From the IMG/VR virus record IMGVR_UViG_2061766007_000015, positions 9,636-73,635 of that record: DNA of 64,000 nt; one strand, written 5' to 3'. A program made the translations under genes and the position numbers. The stretch comes from a virus. Lineage: Duplodnaviria > Caudoviricetes. Each line of letters opens with the position of its first letter. The first letter of the stretch is position 1. The notes under the pieces are model-generated. The model saw only the letters and a list, made by a program, of their open reading frames with translations, did no database searches and was not told the DNA's origin. Below, piece after piece: positions 1 to 10,541 of this stretch.

Positions 1-159
1 ATCTCTCTACGCTCATACCACGGCACTTTACAATCTAGGATATCCTGTATGTCTGCAAAACTCTTATCATAAGGCATCTGAATTAACTTCTTTGTGTCCG
101 CACTTGATACATAAGCATACAAGTCCAAAAGTTGTACGTACAACTTGTTGGGTATAGGA

Positions 160-318
160 TTACTTAGTGTTACTGTCTGCATACTTTCTCCTAAATAAAA
201 GGTTCTTATTGTCACGCTTAGACTTTTCTAGGCAAGTCTTTCCCATGCCTACTTTTCGATACTCGGGATTCTTTAATCTGCGACCACACCGCAGACAGTA
301 AATATATTCTTTTTCCAT
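160..318 (-). CDS. 52-aa zinc-finger protein, DUF6011-like (not in the ORF track)
   Basis: Hand translation MEKEYIYCLRCGRRLKNPEYRKVGMGKTC...; CxxCGRxLxxP...GxGxxC motif. Confidence 0.6.
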   Translation of the reverse strand: MEKEYIYCLRCGRRLKNPEYRKVGMGKTCLEKSKRDNKNLLFRRKYADSNTK

Positions 319-325
319 AGTCACC

Positions 326-1276
326 TCACAGAATGTTGGTTAACACATAATCAACTGCTACGTCCTCATCTATCTTACCAGACTTGATACCGCTCTCAAC
401 TGACTGAATCGTTCTTATGAGCCACACCAAGTCTCCGTTACGATATATTCCTGCTTTGCTCTTGGCTACTTTAATCTGCCAAGGTGTAAGTCCAGTGCTA
501 TGAGCAACATCACCATCACCGCACGACTGTACTTGAAGCAATTGCTTGGCATTGGTATACAATACTGACAGCAACGCTAGTGGATGCTCCCCAATAGCAT
601 TACAATTCTCCAATAATGTATATGCTCGCCTAACCTGATGGCGGAGCACTGCATCTACAAAATCAAAAATAGCATCATAAGGCTTCTGTCGAATAGTGCC
701 GTCACTTAACAAATCTCTAAACGCCTCATCATACGTCATATCGTATCCATGTTCTTCGCCAAAGCATGCATACTGCTTTACCTTGTCAGCCTCTAAAAAC
801 ATTCTTGAATAGTCGTTATCGCACACCTCAATTAACTTCTCAATGTTGCTGTCTGACAATGCTATTTCACGCTTCAAATACACGCTTAGAATTGACGAAT
901 TTAAGCGTGTAAACTCTACAATAGTGTTAGAGTACGTCTTATAGAATTTAGAGCGTTTATCGAGCGTGTAGAACGCTAAAATCAGTATGTTATTTTTCAG
1001 TGCTTCGCCGTTTATAAATCTATCCCAAACTTTCTCTTCCTTTAAGAAATCAGTATCGTCATGTATCACGTATACTTTACGCTTATTGAGTATGGAAGAG
1101 CCAGCACTAGTCTGTACTATACTTGACACGGTATCAGCGTATACCAACTGAGCGTTTGCCACTTCCGCTATCTTCTTTATATAGATGGACATTATACCAA
1201 TCTCTTCACCAGTAAAGATATAGCAAGGTGATAATTCTCGACTCTTTATTTGGTGTTTAACATCAAGTAATGTCAT
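326..1276 (-). CDS. holA: DNA polymerase III delta subunit (clamp loader)
   Basis: YIFTGEE N-terminus, AIFDFVDAVL collar, LTPWQIK motif; adjacent to holB and dnaX. Confidence 0.85.
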   Translation of the reverse strand: MTLLDVKHQIKSRELSPCYIFTGEEIGIMSIYIKKIAEVANAQLVYADTVSSIVQTSAGSSILNKRKVYVIHDDTDFLKEEKVWDRFINGEALKNNILILAFYTLDKRSKFYKTYSNTIVEFTRLNSSILSVYLKREIALSDSNIEKLIEVCDNDYSRMFLEADKVKQYACFGEEHGYDMTYDEAFRDLLSDGTIRQKPYDAIFDFVDAVLRHQVRRAYTLLENCNAIGEHPLALLSVLYTNAKQLLQVQSCGDGDVAHSTGLTPWQIKVAKSKAGIYRNGDLVWLIRTIQSVESGIKSGKIDEDVAVDYVLTNIL

Positions 1277-2108
1277 AGAACTGCATCCATTCCTTTCGTA
1301 TGTCTAATATCCACATATCTATCAAACTCTGCTTTGAAATGCCTGTTACCTTTAACGACTGCAAAGTTTTGGAAGTAATCTTTATCGCCGTCGCATATTT
1401 ACTTACATCTTCCCGCAATCTGTTACTGCACTCAGTAATGAAGGCTTTTAAGAATATTCTTATATCGTATCCTTCGCCGTCATCTTTCATCTTAAGTTTA
1501 TCCGCAATCTTAAAGCAGTTTGCACCACTTACTGTTGCTATGTTGTCTACCACAGTATTCACAAACTGATAGAACGTGGGCACTCCGTATTCTTTAAGAA
1601 GGTCTACTTCTCCTGGTGTCTCGCACACGTTTGCAATTACTGGCATTTCGTCAGTGCTGAATTTATACCTCTCAGCGTACTGACCAATCTCAGTAGGAGT
1701 GTACGGTTGCATGTTTATTACAGTTGCTCGGCTCTGTATCGTTTCAAGTGTATTGTTTATATCCTCAAGGGACATCATAAAATATACGTTCTGCGGAGGT
1801 TCTTCTACAATCTTCAACAGTGCATTTTTAGCCGCAGGTGACATTTTATCCGCATCAGGAAACATACAGAATAACGAGTCAACCTTAACTGTATTGGCCA
1901 ATTCGATTGACTTACGTACATCATTTACAGATGTGCCGAACCAAACATCACTTGCAGTGTTACCTCTGCGCTTGTACAAATTAAGTGTCTCATGCATTAA
2001 TGTATGCCTACCACTACCACGACCACCCACAAGTACAATGAAGTTCGGTAATCTATCATCCATAATTAATGTTTCAAGATAATCTAATATTGCGTTCTGA
2101 CCTATCAT
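1263..2108 (-). CDS. holB: DNA polymerase III delta' subunit (clamp loader)
   Basis: Degenerate Walker A GGRGSGRHT, DADKMSPAAKNALLKIVEEPP, TIQSR. Confidence 0.8.
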   Translation of the reverse strand: MIGQNAILDYLETLIMDDRLPNFIVLVGGRGSGRHTLMHETLNLYKRRGNTASDVWFGTSVNDVRKSIELANTVKVDSLFCMFPDADKMSPAAKNALLKIVEEPPQNVYFMMSLEDINNTLETIQSRATVINMQPYTPTEIGQYAERYKFSTDEMPVIANVCETPGEVDLLKEYGVPTFYQFVNTVVDNIATVSGANCFKIADKLKMKDDGEGYDIRIFLKAFITECSNRLREDVSKYATAIKITSKTLQSLKVTGISKQSLIDMWILDIRKEWMQFYDIT

Positions 2109-2118
2109 AAGTTCTCCT

Positions 2119-2301
2119 CTACCATCTAAATGTCACACCGCAGTGGGGACACGTATCAGGTAATTTTTCATCAATCACCTCAAATATCCCACCGCAGTTG
2201 TTACATGTGTATTCTTCTACCTTTCCTTTCGCAAGCATCTTATTTCTGTATAGTTCGTCCTTACGTTTCTTAAACTGCTCAAACTCTACGATTGTGCCCA
2301 A
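2119..2301 (-). CDS. Small zinc-ribbon protein
   Basis: CNNC...CPHC. Confidence 0.5.
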   Translation of the reverse strand: MGTIVEFEQFKKRKDELYRNKMLAKGKVEEYTCNNCGGIFEVIDEKLPDTCPHCGVTFRW

Positions 2302-3332
2302 AGTTTTCTGCTCCTCTCAATGAATGATATCAAAGTAGCCTCTATCAAAGCCTTCGCATTGGTCTCCCACTTTAAATCTGCATTGAGTTGAACAATCACA
2401 TCCAACAAGTCCGCTGTCGGTACTGTTACATGAGCAAATGATGTTACCTGCGTCTTATACGTACTAGGTATTCCTGTATATTCAAGTGTGCCAGTAATCT
2501 GATACTTTCTCATATCCAAAACGAATACCATAAATGACTTCATAAACTGCTTCAAATCTTTACCGTCAAAGTACAATCCCTCAGTTATCTTAATTACCTC
2601 GTCATCGTTTGTGTCGAGAATGGACTTGTACAGATTGAACATTGTGTTGTAGTCAACCGTACCAAGGGCTTTAATAACCGCTTCTATGTCTATGTTACTA
2701 TCATATGATAACACTTTATCTGTGAGCGTTAAAGCGGCTCTCATTCCACCATCAGCCAAGGATGCGATATAATTAAGAGCCTCATCAGTATACTGAATAT
2801 TTGCTCCTGCTTCGTTTTCCCATCTGATTACGTCTTTCAGTCTGTCAATAATGACATCAATGGGTATTCTCGCAAAGTCAAATCTCTGGCAACGAGACAA
2901 GATAGTGTTAGGCACTTTCTGAATGTCTGTTGTTGCTAAAATGAACACTGTCTTTGCCGGGGGTTCTTCAATAAGTTTCAGCATTGCCGCCCATGCTCCT
3001 GCGGACAGCATATGTACCTCGTCAAGGATATATACTTTATATTCGCTGTCAAGACTCTTTGTTTTAGCCTGCGCTGTAATCTCTCGTATATTATCTACGC
3101 TGTTGTTACTTGCGGCATCAAGTTCGATGGGATTTCCGTGCCCATTATTTATCTCATTCGCAAGTATTCTGGCACAAGTCGTTTTACCACAACCAGCAGG
3201 CCCAGTGAAAATGTAGGCCTGCTTGAATGTGCGAGTGAGTATCTGGTTTTCAAGAATTGCTGTAATGCTACCCTGGCTACATACATCACTGAATGTTGTC
3301 GGGCGATATTTGATTGCTAATGACTGCATCAA
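2286..3332 (-). CDS. dnaX: DNA polymerase III gamma/tau subunit (gamma-length)
   Basis: LAIKYRPTTF, GPAGCGKTT, ELDAASNNSVD, LDEVHMLS, TILSRCQRF. Confidence 0.92.
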   Translation of the reverse strand: MMQSLAIKYRPTTFSDVCSQGSITAILENQILTRTFKQAYIFTGPAGCGKTTCARILANEINNGHGNPIELDAASNNSVDNIREITAQAKTKSLDSEYKVYILDEVHMLSAGAWAAMLKLIEEPPAKTVFILATTDIQKVPNTILSRCQRFDFARIPIDVIIDRLKDVIRWENEAGANIQYTDEALNYIASLADGGMRAALTLTDKVLSYDSNIDIEAVIKALGTVDYNTMFNLYKSILDTNDDEVIKITEGLYFDGKDLKQFMKSFMVFVLDMRKYQITGTLEYTGIPSTYKTQVTSFAHVTVPTADLLDVIVQLNADLKWETNAKALIEATLISFIERSRKLWAQS

Positions 3333-3541
3333 TCATTCTCCTTATATATGTATTTGGCATACTGACAAGTGTTGCCGTATCTATCGGTTGCTTCAATCAT
3401 CATAGTGTCGATGTCCATCGTCTTTCTCAGATTGAAAATGATGGCTGATAATCTTGTAGCGCCATACAAATCAATGGCTTCCCAAGATGTAATGCTACCA
3501 AACTCCTGCAAGTGTTTTTTAACTAACTGGTGCTTGTTCAT
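3329..3541 (-). CDS. Small winged-HTH protein
   Basis: HLQEFGSITSWEAIDLYGATRLSAIIFNLRK, a common phage wHTH pattern. Confidence 0.55.
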   Translation of the reverse strand: MNKHQLVKKHLQEFGSITSWEAIDLYGATRLSAIIFNLRKTMDIDTMMIEATDRYGNTCQYAKYIYKEND

Positions 3542-3734
3542 TCTCTTCTCCCTCCTCTAACAACTTCTGTAACATCTTTACACGGTCACGCACATAAATA
3601 AGTTCTTCAAGTATTGAACGTGTTTCTATCGTTGCCCAGGAGAACGGCAATTCGCTATATTCAATATCAGGTAACTTACCAACTTCTGCAAGTACCTCTG
3701 CGATGTATCCACAAATGCGGGTCTGTAACGTCAT
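3519..3734 (-). CDS. Hypothetical protein
   Basis: Overlaps both neighbours in the minus-strand operon. Confidence 0.4.
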   Translation of the reverse strand: MTLQTRICGYIAEVLAEVGKLPDIEYSELPFSWATIETRSILEELIYVRDRVKMLQKLLEEGEENEQAPVS

Positions 3735-4075
3735 ACGTCCTCCTTTAAGTAGTTTACAAGTTTGCGGAAAAGTTTCTCATTAATCACATAGTAGTTTGGC
3801 TTATCAGGTCCAAAGTTAAATGCTAATGCTGAGTAATCTTTTCCAACAGCGAAGGCTTCTTCTGTATTCTTATCGAGCCATTCTTCTTTTATGCTGAAAG
3901 ACTTTTTATCTTCCATACAGGTCTTACATTCGATAAGAAACATTTCGGTATTTACATCGCCCTTCCTAAAAGCAGTAGCGCCGCTGTTGGCGACTACTTT
4001 GCCACCAACAGACTTTGCTACTTTATTCTCTTGCCTTCTGCTGAAATACCGAGTTGACTCTTTATTACTTGTCAT
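3731..4075 (-). CDS. Hjc-type PD-(D/E)xK Holliday junction resolvase-like nuclease
   Basis: SGATAFRKGDV...LIECKT catalytic pattern. Confidence 0.7.
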   Translation of the reverse strand: MTSNKESTRYFSRRQENKVAKSVGGKVVANSGATAFRKGDVNTEMFLIECKTCMEDKKSFSIKEEWLDKNTEEAFAVGKDYSALAFNFGPDKPNYYVINEKLFRKLVNYLKEDV

Positions 4076-4083
4076 ACTGCTCC

Positions 4084-4500
4084 TTATTTCTCAACATACC
4101 AAAACTCGTAGGTCTCATCGTATCTCAGGCTGTAGTCACCAATGAAGTTGTTGAGCACTTTGGTCTTTTCATTCTCAATCACGATTACATTCTTGTTCGT
4201 GTGAGTACTGCCATAGAACTTACGACCATGACCAGCAACACCGGGTCTGAAAAGAACACGATTCTTCATTACTGTCATCTCGATATACTCGCCAAACTTC
4301 TCATCAGTCTTATTGCGGAAAGTAATGCTGTAACGATACTTACCTAAATCTTCTTTCTTCGCATGTGTCGCGGGCTTTACTCTGCTGATAGTCACATCTG
4401 CATTTGACCTGCCGTTACGGGATGAGTCGAAATCCCACCAATCAAATAACTCATTCTGAATTGCTCTGGTTGCTTCGTCAATCTTCTTATTAGGTTGCAT
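4084..4500 (-). CDS. Hypothetical protein
   Basis: 138-aa ORF with RBS, in operon. Confidence 0.5.
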   Translation of the reverse strand: MQPNKKIDEATRAIQNELFDWWDFDSSRNGRSNADVTISRVKPATHAKKEDLGKYRYSITFRNKTDEKFGEYIEMTVMKNRVLFRPGVAGHGRKFYGSTHTNKNVIVIENEKTKVLNNFIGDYSLRYDETYEFWYVEK

Positions 4501-4503
4501 AGT

Positions 4504-4890
4504 TTAATCTTCCTCCGTAGATTCTGTTTCCTCAGTTTCATAATCACTCCAGTCAAGCGGTGCATAAACTGCAAGTACTTTTCTTAACGGCCACTGCTCT
4601 GTGCAGGATACCTTCATGGCCATTCTTATCGTATCATCCTCGGGGTCATTATTAACTCCTGACTCATAATCGATTACTACAGCCAACTTACCCTCGTCTG
4701 AATTTTCAGTATCTTCGACTAGAATATTCTGACCTACAGTAATGCTTGACCAACGGGGTGCTCTGAACAACTGAGGCATTTCACCTTCAGGCTTAGCAAC
4801 TACTAAGCCGATGTAATTTGAATAACTCATAAATATTCTCCTTTCATGAAGTTCTTGAGTTCTCTTGTTTATAGTAACATTATACAACAC
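4504..4890 (-). CDS. Hypothetical protein; true start probably at MSYSNY
   Basis: ORF track; the listed start overlaps the promoter at 4879-4911. Confidence 0.5.
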   Translation of the reverse strand: MLYNVTINKRTQELHERRIFMSYSNYIGLVVAKPEGEMPQLFRAPRWSSITVGQNILVEDTENSDEGKLAVVIDYESGVNNDPEDDTIRMAMKVSCTEQWPLRKVLAVYAPLDWSDYETEETESTEED

Positions 4891-4911
4891 GTTTTAAGTA
4901 AAAGCAACAGG
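4879..4911 (-). promoter_or_regulatory. Sigma-A-type promoter, type example of a repeated phage promoter
   Basis: CCTG-TTGCTT-N17-TATAAT with extended TG; similar boxes at 7608, 8802, 12068, 13039, 16823, 23811, 28736, 31835 and 35137. Confidence 0.8.
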
Positions 4912-4915
4912 CAGT

Positions 4916-5697
4916 TTACTTTTTATTTTCGTTTAAATCTCGTCCGCATTTAGGGCAATGCGTAATTGTTGTACGATAGACATTTGTCCCGTACTTCACC
5001 ACCAACTCATGCTTATCAATATCTATCCAAGCATGATGGTTTATTAGATGTGTAAAGCATTTACAGCCATCTTCATAATCGTACTGACAATAATAGCACA
5101 TTATTACACCTCCTTACCACTAAGTACAGCAACCACGCGTCTAAATCTCTGCTCATATAACTGCTGTGCCGCATCTACTTTCTTAGTAGTTTCAGCAGTC
5201 CACTTCTCGGTGTAGTACTCAATAAGTGCGTTCTCCTTTTCCATGCGACATGGACTTTTCTTGGGTCTGCCATTCTTACCGAGTACCACGAGATTATACT
5301 CGTTAAAATAATAATCAATATCTCCAGCACACATATAAACCCATACTCTTGTCTGTGCTCTATCTAAGGCTTCTTCTCTTGTCATTTTTCTTCCTCCGTT
5401 TTCTTATCCATTTTTCAATTTTTCTGAGTGCCCAGTCAAGGAACATAGCAAGTCCTACAAAAAACAGACCGAGGGGAATACCTACAGCAAAGCATAAAAT
5501 CGCCTCTATTAGGGACATTCTGTCACCTCCTCAAGAAATTTTTGTAATTTGATTTCATTCATGCAATCGCTACAATAAACGCCTTCTTTGCCTTCAATCT
5601 TGTACAAGAAACACATCCAGTGTCTATTCCACTTTCCGCGCTGTTCACACAATCTGCATTGTCCTTGTCCTTCACCCTTTGCTCTAGTTATTTTCAT
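4916..5697 (-). CDS. Three small hypothetical genes (4916-5101 Cys-rich, 5104-5385, 5509-5697 Cys-rich)
   Basis: ORF track, RBSs, tight packing. Confidence 0.5.
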
Positions 5698-5951
5698 TCT
5701 TCACTCCCGTATTCAAAATGTTCGTCAAAATCAAAACCACAGTCATCGTACCAGGTAATCCAGTCCTCTACATCTTCGTCCCACTCTTCAAGACCTGCCG
5801 CACTGCAATGGTCGGGAAATACTCCCTCATCAACTTTTGTGTTAACAAAATCTGCAATGGCATCAATCATGGTCTTTGCTTCTTCCGGAGAAGATACCTC
5901 TTTGTAGTAGGGTTTTGTTCCAAGTATAAAATAGTACATTCTTAATTTCAT
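5694..5951 (-). CDS. P22 gp17-like protein (exclusion-escape family)
   Basis: MKLR...KPYYKEVSSPEEA...IDAIADF...FPDHCSAAGLEEWDE...WITW recalls P22 gp17; recognised from memory. Confidence 0.6.
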   Translation of the reverse strand: MKLRMYYFILGTKPYYKEVSSPEEAKTMIDAIADFVNTKVDEGVFPDHCSAAGLEEWDEDVEDWITWYDDCGFDFDEHFEYGSEE

Positions 5952-6163
5952 TCACTCACCTCCTTTATATACTGCTCAGAATCAGACCAAGGACCACAAT
6001 ATTCCCTGGCTACACAGTAAGAGTGCAACTCTTCAATGGAATGTATCTCCACGTTTTCAGGAAAATCATAATATTCCATCCAATCCATAAAGAAATGACG
6101 TTCAAGTGGTCTTGGATAGTTAGCAATAAATATAGCAAACTCGTCCCGATTAACCTTTTTCAT
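5948..6163 (-). CDS. Hypothetical protein
   Basis: ATGA-coupled small ORF. Confidence 0.45.
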   Translation of the reverse strand: MKKVNRDEFAIFIANYPRPLERHFFMDWMEYYDFPENVEIHSIEELHSYCVAREYCGPWSDSEQYIKEVSE

Positions 6164-6333
6164 ATTTCCTCCTTATAATCTAAAAGTAATTGAGCATCCT
6201 TAAGCATACTTTCAAATTTCTCCTTGCTATCGTTATCTGAATCTTTCGGATTAGAACATGAAAATCTGCCAGTGGAAGTAAACAAATTAAACTCGTTAGC
6301 GATTACTGATATAGGCTTAATCTTCTCCGTCAT
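6160..6333 (-). CDS. 57-aa ORF (not in the track) containing a PolA-like TGRxSxSxP motif
   Basis: Hand translation; ATGA overlaps at both ends. Confidence 0.6.
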   Translation of the reverse strand: MTEKIKPISVIANEFNLFTSTGRFSCSNPKDSDNDSKEKFESMLKDAQLLLDYKEEI

Positions 6334-6773
6334 ACTTCCTCCTCATCCTCGGGTTTATCATGGATTAAATCACATAACTCGTCATCGGTAAGACCGATAA
6401 ACTCTTTGCTTATTCTGATTACCTCCCTTAATAAATCCTTTACCTGTTTCTCTCCCCATCTTCTTCCTAACTTCCTGCCATCAGCGAAGCCTTTATAATA
6501 CTGCTCTCTGTCTCCCTCAAGAGCCTTGAGCAGTCTGTCTTTATCAACATCCACACCCACCTTCATGCAGGTCTGAACAATCATGTTCCCCAAATCGTCA
6601 TCATATTGCTCCGTCATTGGTTCTACCAAATGGCTGATTGATATGGGACTCTCATACATGGGTTTTTCCTCCTTCTCTACCGTTACCTTGGGTACTTCCA
6701 TCAGGATGTTTCTAAACTCATTATCCTGTGGAAATCTGCCTTCATAGAATGCTCTTAACAACTCGGTTTTCAC
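6330..6773 (-). CDS. Hypothetical protein
   Basis: 147-aa coupled ORF. Confidence 0.5.
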   Translation of the reverse strand: MKTELLRAFYEGRFPQDNEFRNILMEVPKVTVEKEEKPMYESPISISHLVEPMTEQYDDDLGNMIVQTCMKVGVDVDKDRLLKALEGDREQYYKGFADGRKLGRRWGEKQVKDLLREVIRISKEFIGLTDDELCDLIHDKPEDEEEV

Positions 6774-7324
6774 TCTACTTCCTCCTTATCAACTATCGCA
6801 CTCTTTATTATCCAGCCTGACCATTCTATCTTGGCTAAATCTTCTTTGATGCCATCAACATCTTCAATGTCTCTGCTTATTCCCATTTTGCTGAGACAAA
6901 TGGGACCTATGCCATAGTGTCTTGATACTGGATTGGTTAACTCTTTACCACACACTGCACAAGTTACTGTAGGATAACCAAAGCCGTGAAGATTCATATA
7001 CACCATGCCTCGAGTTTCTTTCTCGGTCTTGCCAATCATAGTTCTCATGGGCATTGGTACATTGTTATTCCACTTAAGCATAAAATCAAACTCAGGCGAT
7101 GCAGGCTTAGTCATGTACTGCTTAACTGTTATCTTTACTTCGTCAGAATGTGCTTCTTGCACTGTCTGAGACTCATTAACAGCGTTTTGTTGCTTGCATA
7201 GTAACTTTATACATGTAGACTCGTTAAAGTCGCCTGGAGAGCGTTGGAGAGCGTCCTGTATGCTGTTGTAATGCTGACCGTCTATCTCTACTTCACCGGG
7301 CCAGTTCTTCAACTGATTAATCAT
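6770..7324 (-). CDS. Protein with a DUF6011-like zinc motif
   Basis: CAVCGKELTNPVSRHYGIGPIC. Confidence 0.6.
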   Translation of the reverse strand: MINQLKNWPGEVEIDGQHYNSIQDALQRSPGDFNESTCIKLLCKQQNAVNESQTVQEAHSDEVKITVKQYMTKPASPEFDFMLKWNNNVPMPMRTMIGKTEKETRGMVYMNLHGFGYPTVTCAVCGKELTNPVSRHYGIGPICLSKMGISRDIEDVDGIKEDLAKIEWSGWIIKSAIVDKEEVE

Positions 7325-7357
7325 CTTTTGTTCTCCTTAAACATTATACAACGCGGG

Positions 7358-8356
7358 TTATTTGGAAATTTCTGAATTTTTTACCGGCGAGTTTTCAGCA
7401 TCTTCCTCATCTTGCTCTTCTTCTTCGACTATCCAATCTTCATCGAAATCTTCACCGCCACAACAAGGACATGTGTAACTGTACATTGGCACATTACTTC
7501 CCCAAAACTCTACCCAATCTGTATACTTTCTGGGTTCATCGAAATATTCTTTGCAATCCCTGCACTTGTACATCTTTAGTTCCTCGCTTTCTTTATCTTA
7601 CAAGAACATTATACAACGTATTTATCTTAAAATCAAGAGGACGCTTTATGCGCCCTCTTTTTTTTATTCTGCAGGCTCTATGCCGTCCTCGCCAATCAAA
7701 TAACAAGTTTCGTTATCACTAACAGCTGACTGAATATAGTAGAGCATCCTCGCACTCTCATACGAACCATGCGGCGCTTTTGCTAAAACTCGATACTTGG
7801 CACCTTTATAAAGTTCATCCTGCAATCGATACGATACGGCGAGTTTCTTATCCTCAACGTGCTCAACTACCCAATCAGTGTAATATTCATACTGACTTCC
7901 GGGGTTAGTAATTACAACGATATCACCGACTTCTATTTCAGCAGTCTTGTCAAACCAACGATTACGACATTCCTCACAAGTTGCACTATCATCCTCGAAC
8001 TGACAATTATTACAAGCCATCTCATAACAGTTTTTTAAATTGCCACTCCTATCAACTGCAACCTTATACTCACGATATACTATCTGCTTAATAAGTTCAT
8101 CATTTCCTTTGATGTACTTTTCGTAATTTGTCATTTAAAGTTCCTCCTACTCTACTTTAAGTTCAACCTTCCCATCTCTTTCCCATTTAAACAGTAAAAC
8201 TGAGAAATCACTTAAATCATCAGCAAAATAACTCTCTACGGATTCATCATCCAGCATTGTATCTGCAATATTGCCAACAATATTGGCAACTCTTGCTAAT
8301 GCCTGTCTATCATAGTCATCAAATGTAATAGTGCAAACCCTATCGCCTATAATCAT
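7358..8356 (-). CDS. Three hypothetical genes (7358-7573 zinc ribbon, 7664-8134 Cys-rich, 8147-8356)
   Basis: ORF track, RBSs, promoter at 7608-7640. Confidence 0.5.
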
Positions 8357-8766
8357 TCTAAGTCCTCCTTCAATTCGTTGGCTGTAATCTTAACCGGCAC
8401 AAGTGTCTGAGGCATAAACTCGATTTCATAAGCATAGGGTGAAACATTAACACCTGATACATCTTCGACGGTGTACATTGTCCACTCATTCAGGTAAATG
8501 TAATGCTTCTGATAAATCTGCTTAGCCTTATCAATTTCCACAAGTACTGCGATGCCGTCAGTAACATCCTCAATGGAAATCTTGCCCGTCATCTGCAGGA
8601 TGCACTTATCAGTTCTTGTGTTGATTACCGTAACTCTTCTTGTGACATTAAAGTTATCGGCTTCTTTACTTACATTGTATGATACTCTGTGAGCCTCTCT
8701 TTCCAGAAAGCATCCGCTCATAATCAATGTTGCTAAGATTAATAGGGTTAAAACTGTTTTCTTCAT
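8353..8766 (-). CDS. Phage lipoprotein
   Basis: Signal peptide with lipobox LIMSGC; EADNFNVTRRVTVIN motif. Confidence 0.65.
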   Translation of the reverse strand: MKKTVLTLLILATLIMSGCFLEREAHRVSYNVSKEADNFNVTRRVTVINTRTDKCILQMTGKISIEDVTDGIAVLVEIDKAKQIYQKHYIYLNEWTMYTVEDVSGVNVSPYAYEIEFMPQTLVPVKITANELKEDLE

Positions 8767-8826
8767 TTGTGTTCTCCTTTGTTTGTTTATCTTATGAAAA
8801 CATTATATAACATATTCAAGTAAAAA

Positions 8827-10408
8827 TCAACAGGACGAATCGTCCTCGTCATCGGGAATAATCGGTGCTATCAGCATATTAACCTTTCGGTCAACTTCTT
8901 CCAATTCTTCTTCAATCTCGGCAAGATTCTCATGCACCTGCGCTGTGCTGTCTGCGAGGTCTTTAAGCATCTTCAAATAATCCATGCCCATCTTCAAATA
9001 ATTGGTATTCATTATGTTGAAAGCCCGAGTTATACTAGAACGCCAATAACCAGTTGCAATTACTGCTGTAAAACCTAGTGTCACTAATACGATTAACATT
9101 AACTTTTCGTCTGTCATATTTTTTCTCCTTTTATCGTTTCTGCGTTTACTGCTATTACTTTCTGTAATGCTTTTTCGATTGGTTCATCGGGTACAGCAAC
9201 CCTTATCTTTGCACTTAAGTAGGTATCAAAAGTACGATAATCCTTCTCAGCATAAATTTCCATACACGGGATTATGCGCTCAGCCATACGTTCTGCCATC
9301 TCGTGCAGACTAAATTCAAATGCCTTTTCGGGGTCTGTTCTCATAACCATGAATGGTATTTTTACTCTCTCAGCAAATGTTGCAGTTCTAAACTGCATCA
9401 TCTCAATTCGTAATGGTGCGGCCCAATCATCATCTACCTGATACTCAGTACCACAATATTTACACTTGCTTATACCAGTATGTGAGATTGGTAACATCTG
9501 ACCGCAGTTCGCACATCTAAATGCTTTAGGTTCGTTCATTTTCTTCTCCTGTCTCATATAAGATTATAAACGCTTGGTCTGTATGTCCGGGTATTTTATT
9601 AACTTTTGTTTCTGTGACACTTAACACTTTATATCCTCTATTTTGAATTGCGCTTAATGCTTTTTCAAGTTCATATGCTACTGGTTCGTAGGATACTATC
9701 TGGTTAATTATTCTTGTCTCAATCATTCTTCCCCCTTATCTGCCATGATTTTCAACTTCCGTCTTGTGGCTTTTGAATTGAGTCTCTTTTCCTTTTTCCA
9801 ACTATGCGGATGGTTTTTTGCTCCGCAACAATACTTCTTGTAGAATCGGTCAAGAAAGGCTAACTTTTTCGTGCTTCTCATTCTTCCCCCTTATCTGCTT
9901 CAATCACACTCGGAGCGACACAATTTATTATTTTTACGTTCATAAGTGGGTGAGTTGTTATGCTGAAATACTTTCTAAACGTTTCTTCGTTTTCCACCAC
10001 TTTATCAATGTCAATCAATCTTCCGTGTCCTTTTGGAAGTTCTATGCCGTTCCAGACAATCTCGTCCATCTCGGTAGCCATGCCAAACTTAATGCGTTTC
10101 TCAAGATATTTGTACACTTCATCGGGTATCTTAATAACAATCTCTTTCATCGGTTACTCTCCTTTCTGCCAAGGCGAAACATACGGCGGTTTTGTTGGAA
10201 CTTCGTTTTCGTATTCATCACCTTTACGCAATCCCTCGGAATGTTTCTTTAATTGGTCGAAGTGACCTCTCATAAAACGTCCGTACTGATTGTGATTGTG
10301 CGTTGTTCTGCTTTCAAAATCCAAGTACAAACAAATTGTGGCAAGCGTTTCAAGAATCTCTATAACCGCTTTTTTGTAGGTCATAAGTAATTTAAACTTT
10401 TTTATCAT
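8827..10408 (-). CDS. Run of small hypothetical genes (8827-9117 TM plus coiled coil, 9114-9557 zinc ribbon, 9526-9726, 9878-10150, 10154-10408, plus a mini-ORF at 9723-9881)
   Basis: ORF track and coupled junctions. Confidence 0.5.
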
Positions 10409-10541
10409 CGGTTACTCTCCTTTCAATCTGCGTACCTTTTTGCCGAGTCTTATTGCTTTACGCAACTTCCACTCAAACTTTATCTTTCGCCATAATGACT
10501 TATGGGGATATATGAATTTATTTATCATCGGTTACTCTCCT
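10147..10541. repeat. Three copies of the gene-junction repeat TCATCGGTTACTCTCCT
   Basis: Copies start at 10147, 10405 and 10525; each spans RBS-stop-start on the minus strand. Confidence 0.85.
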
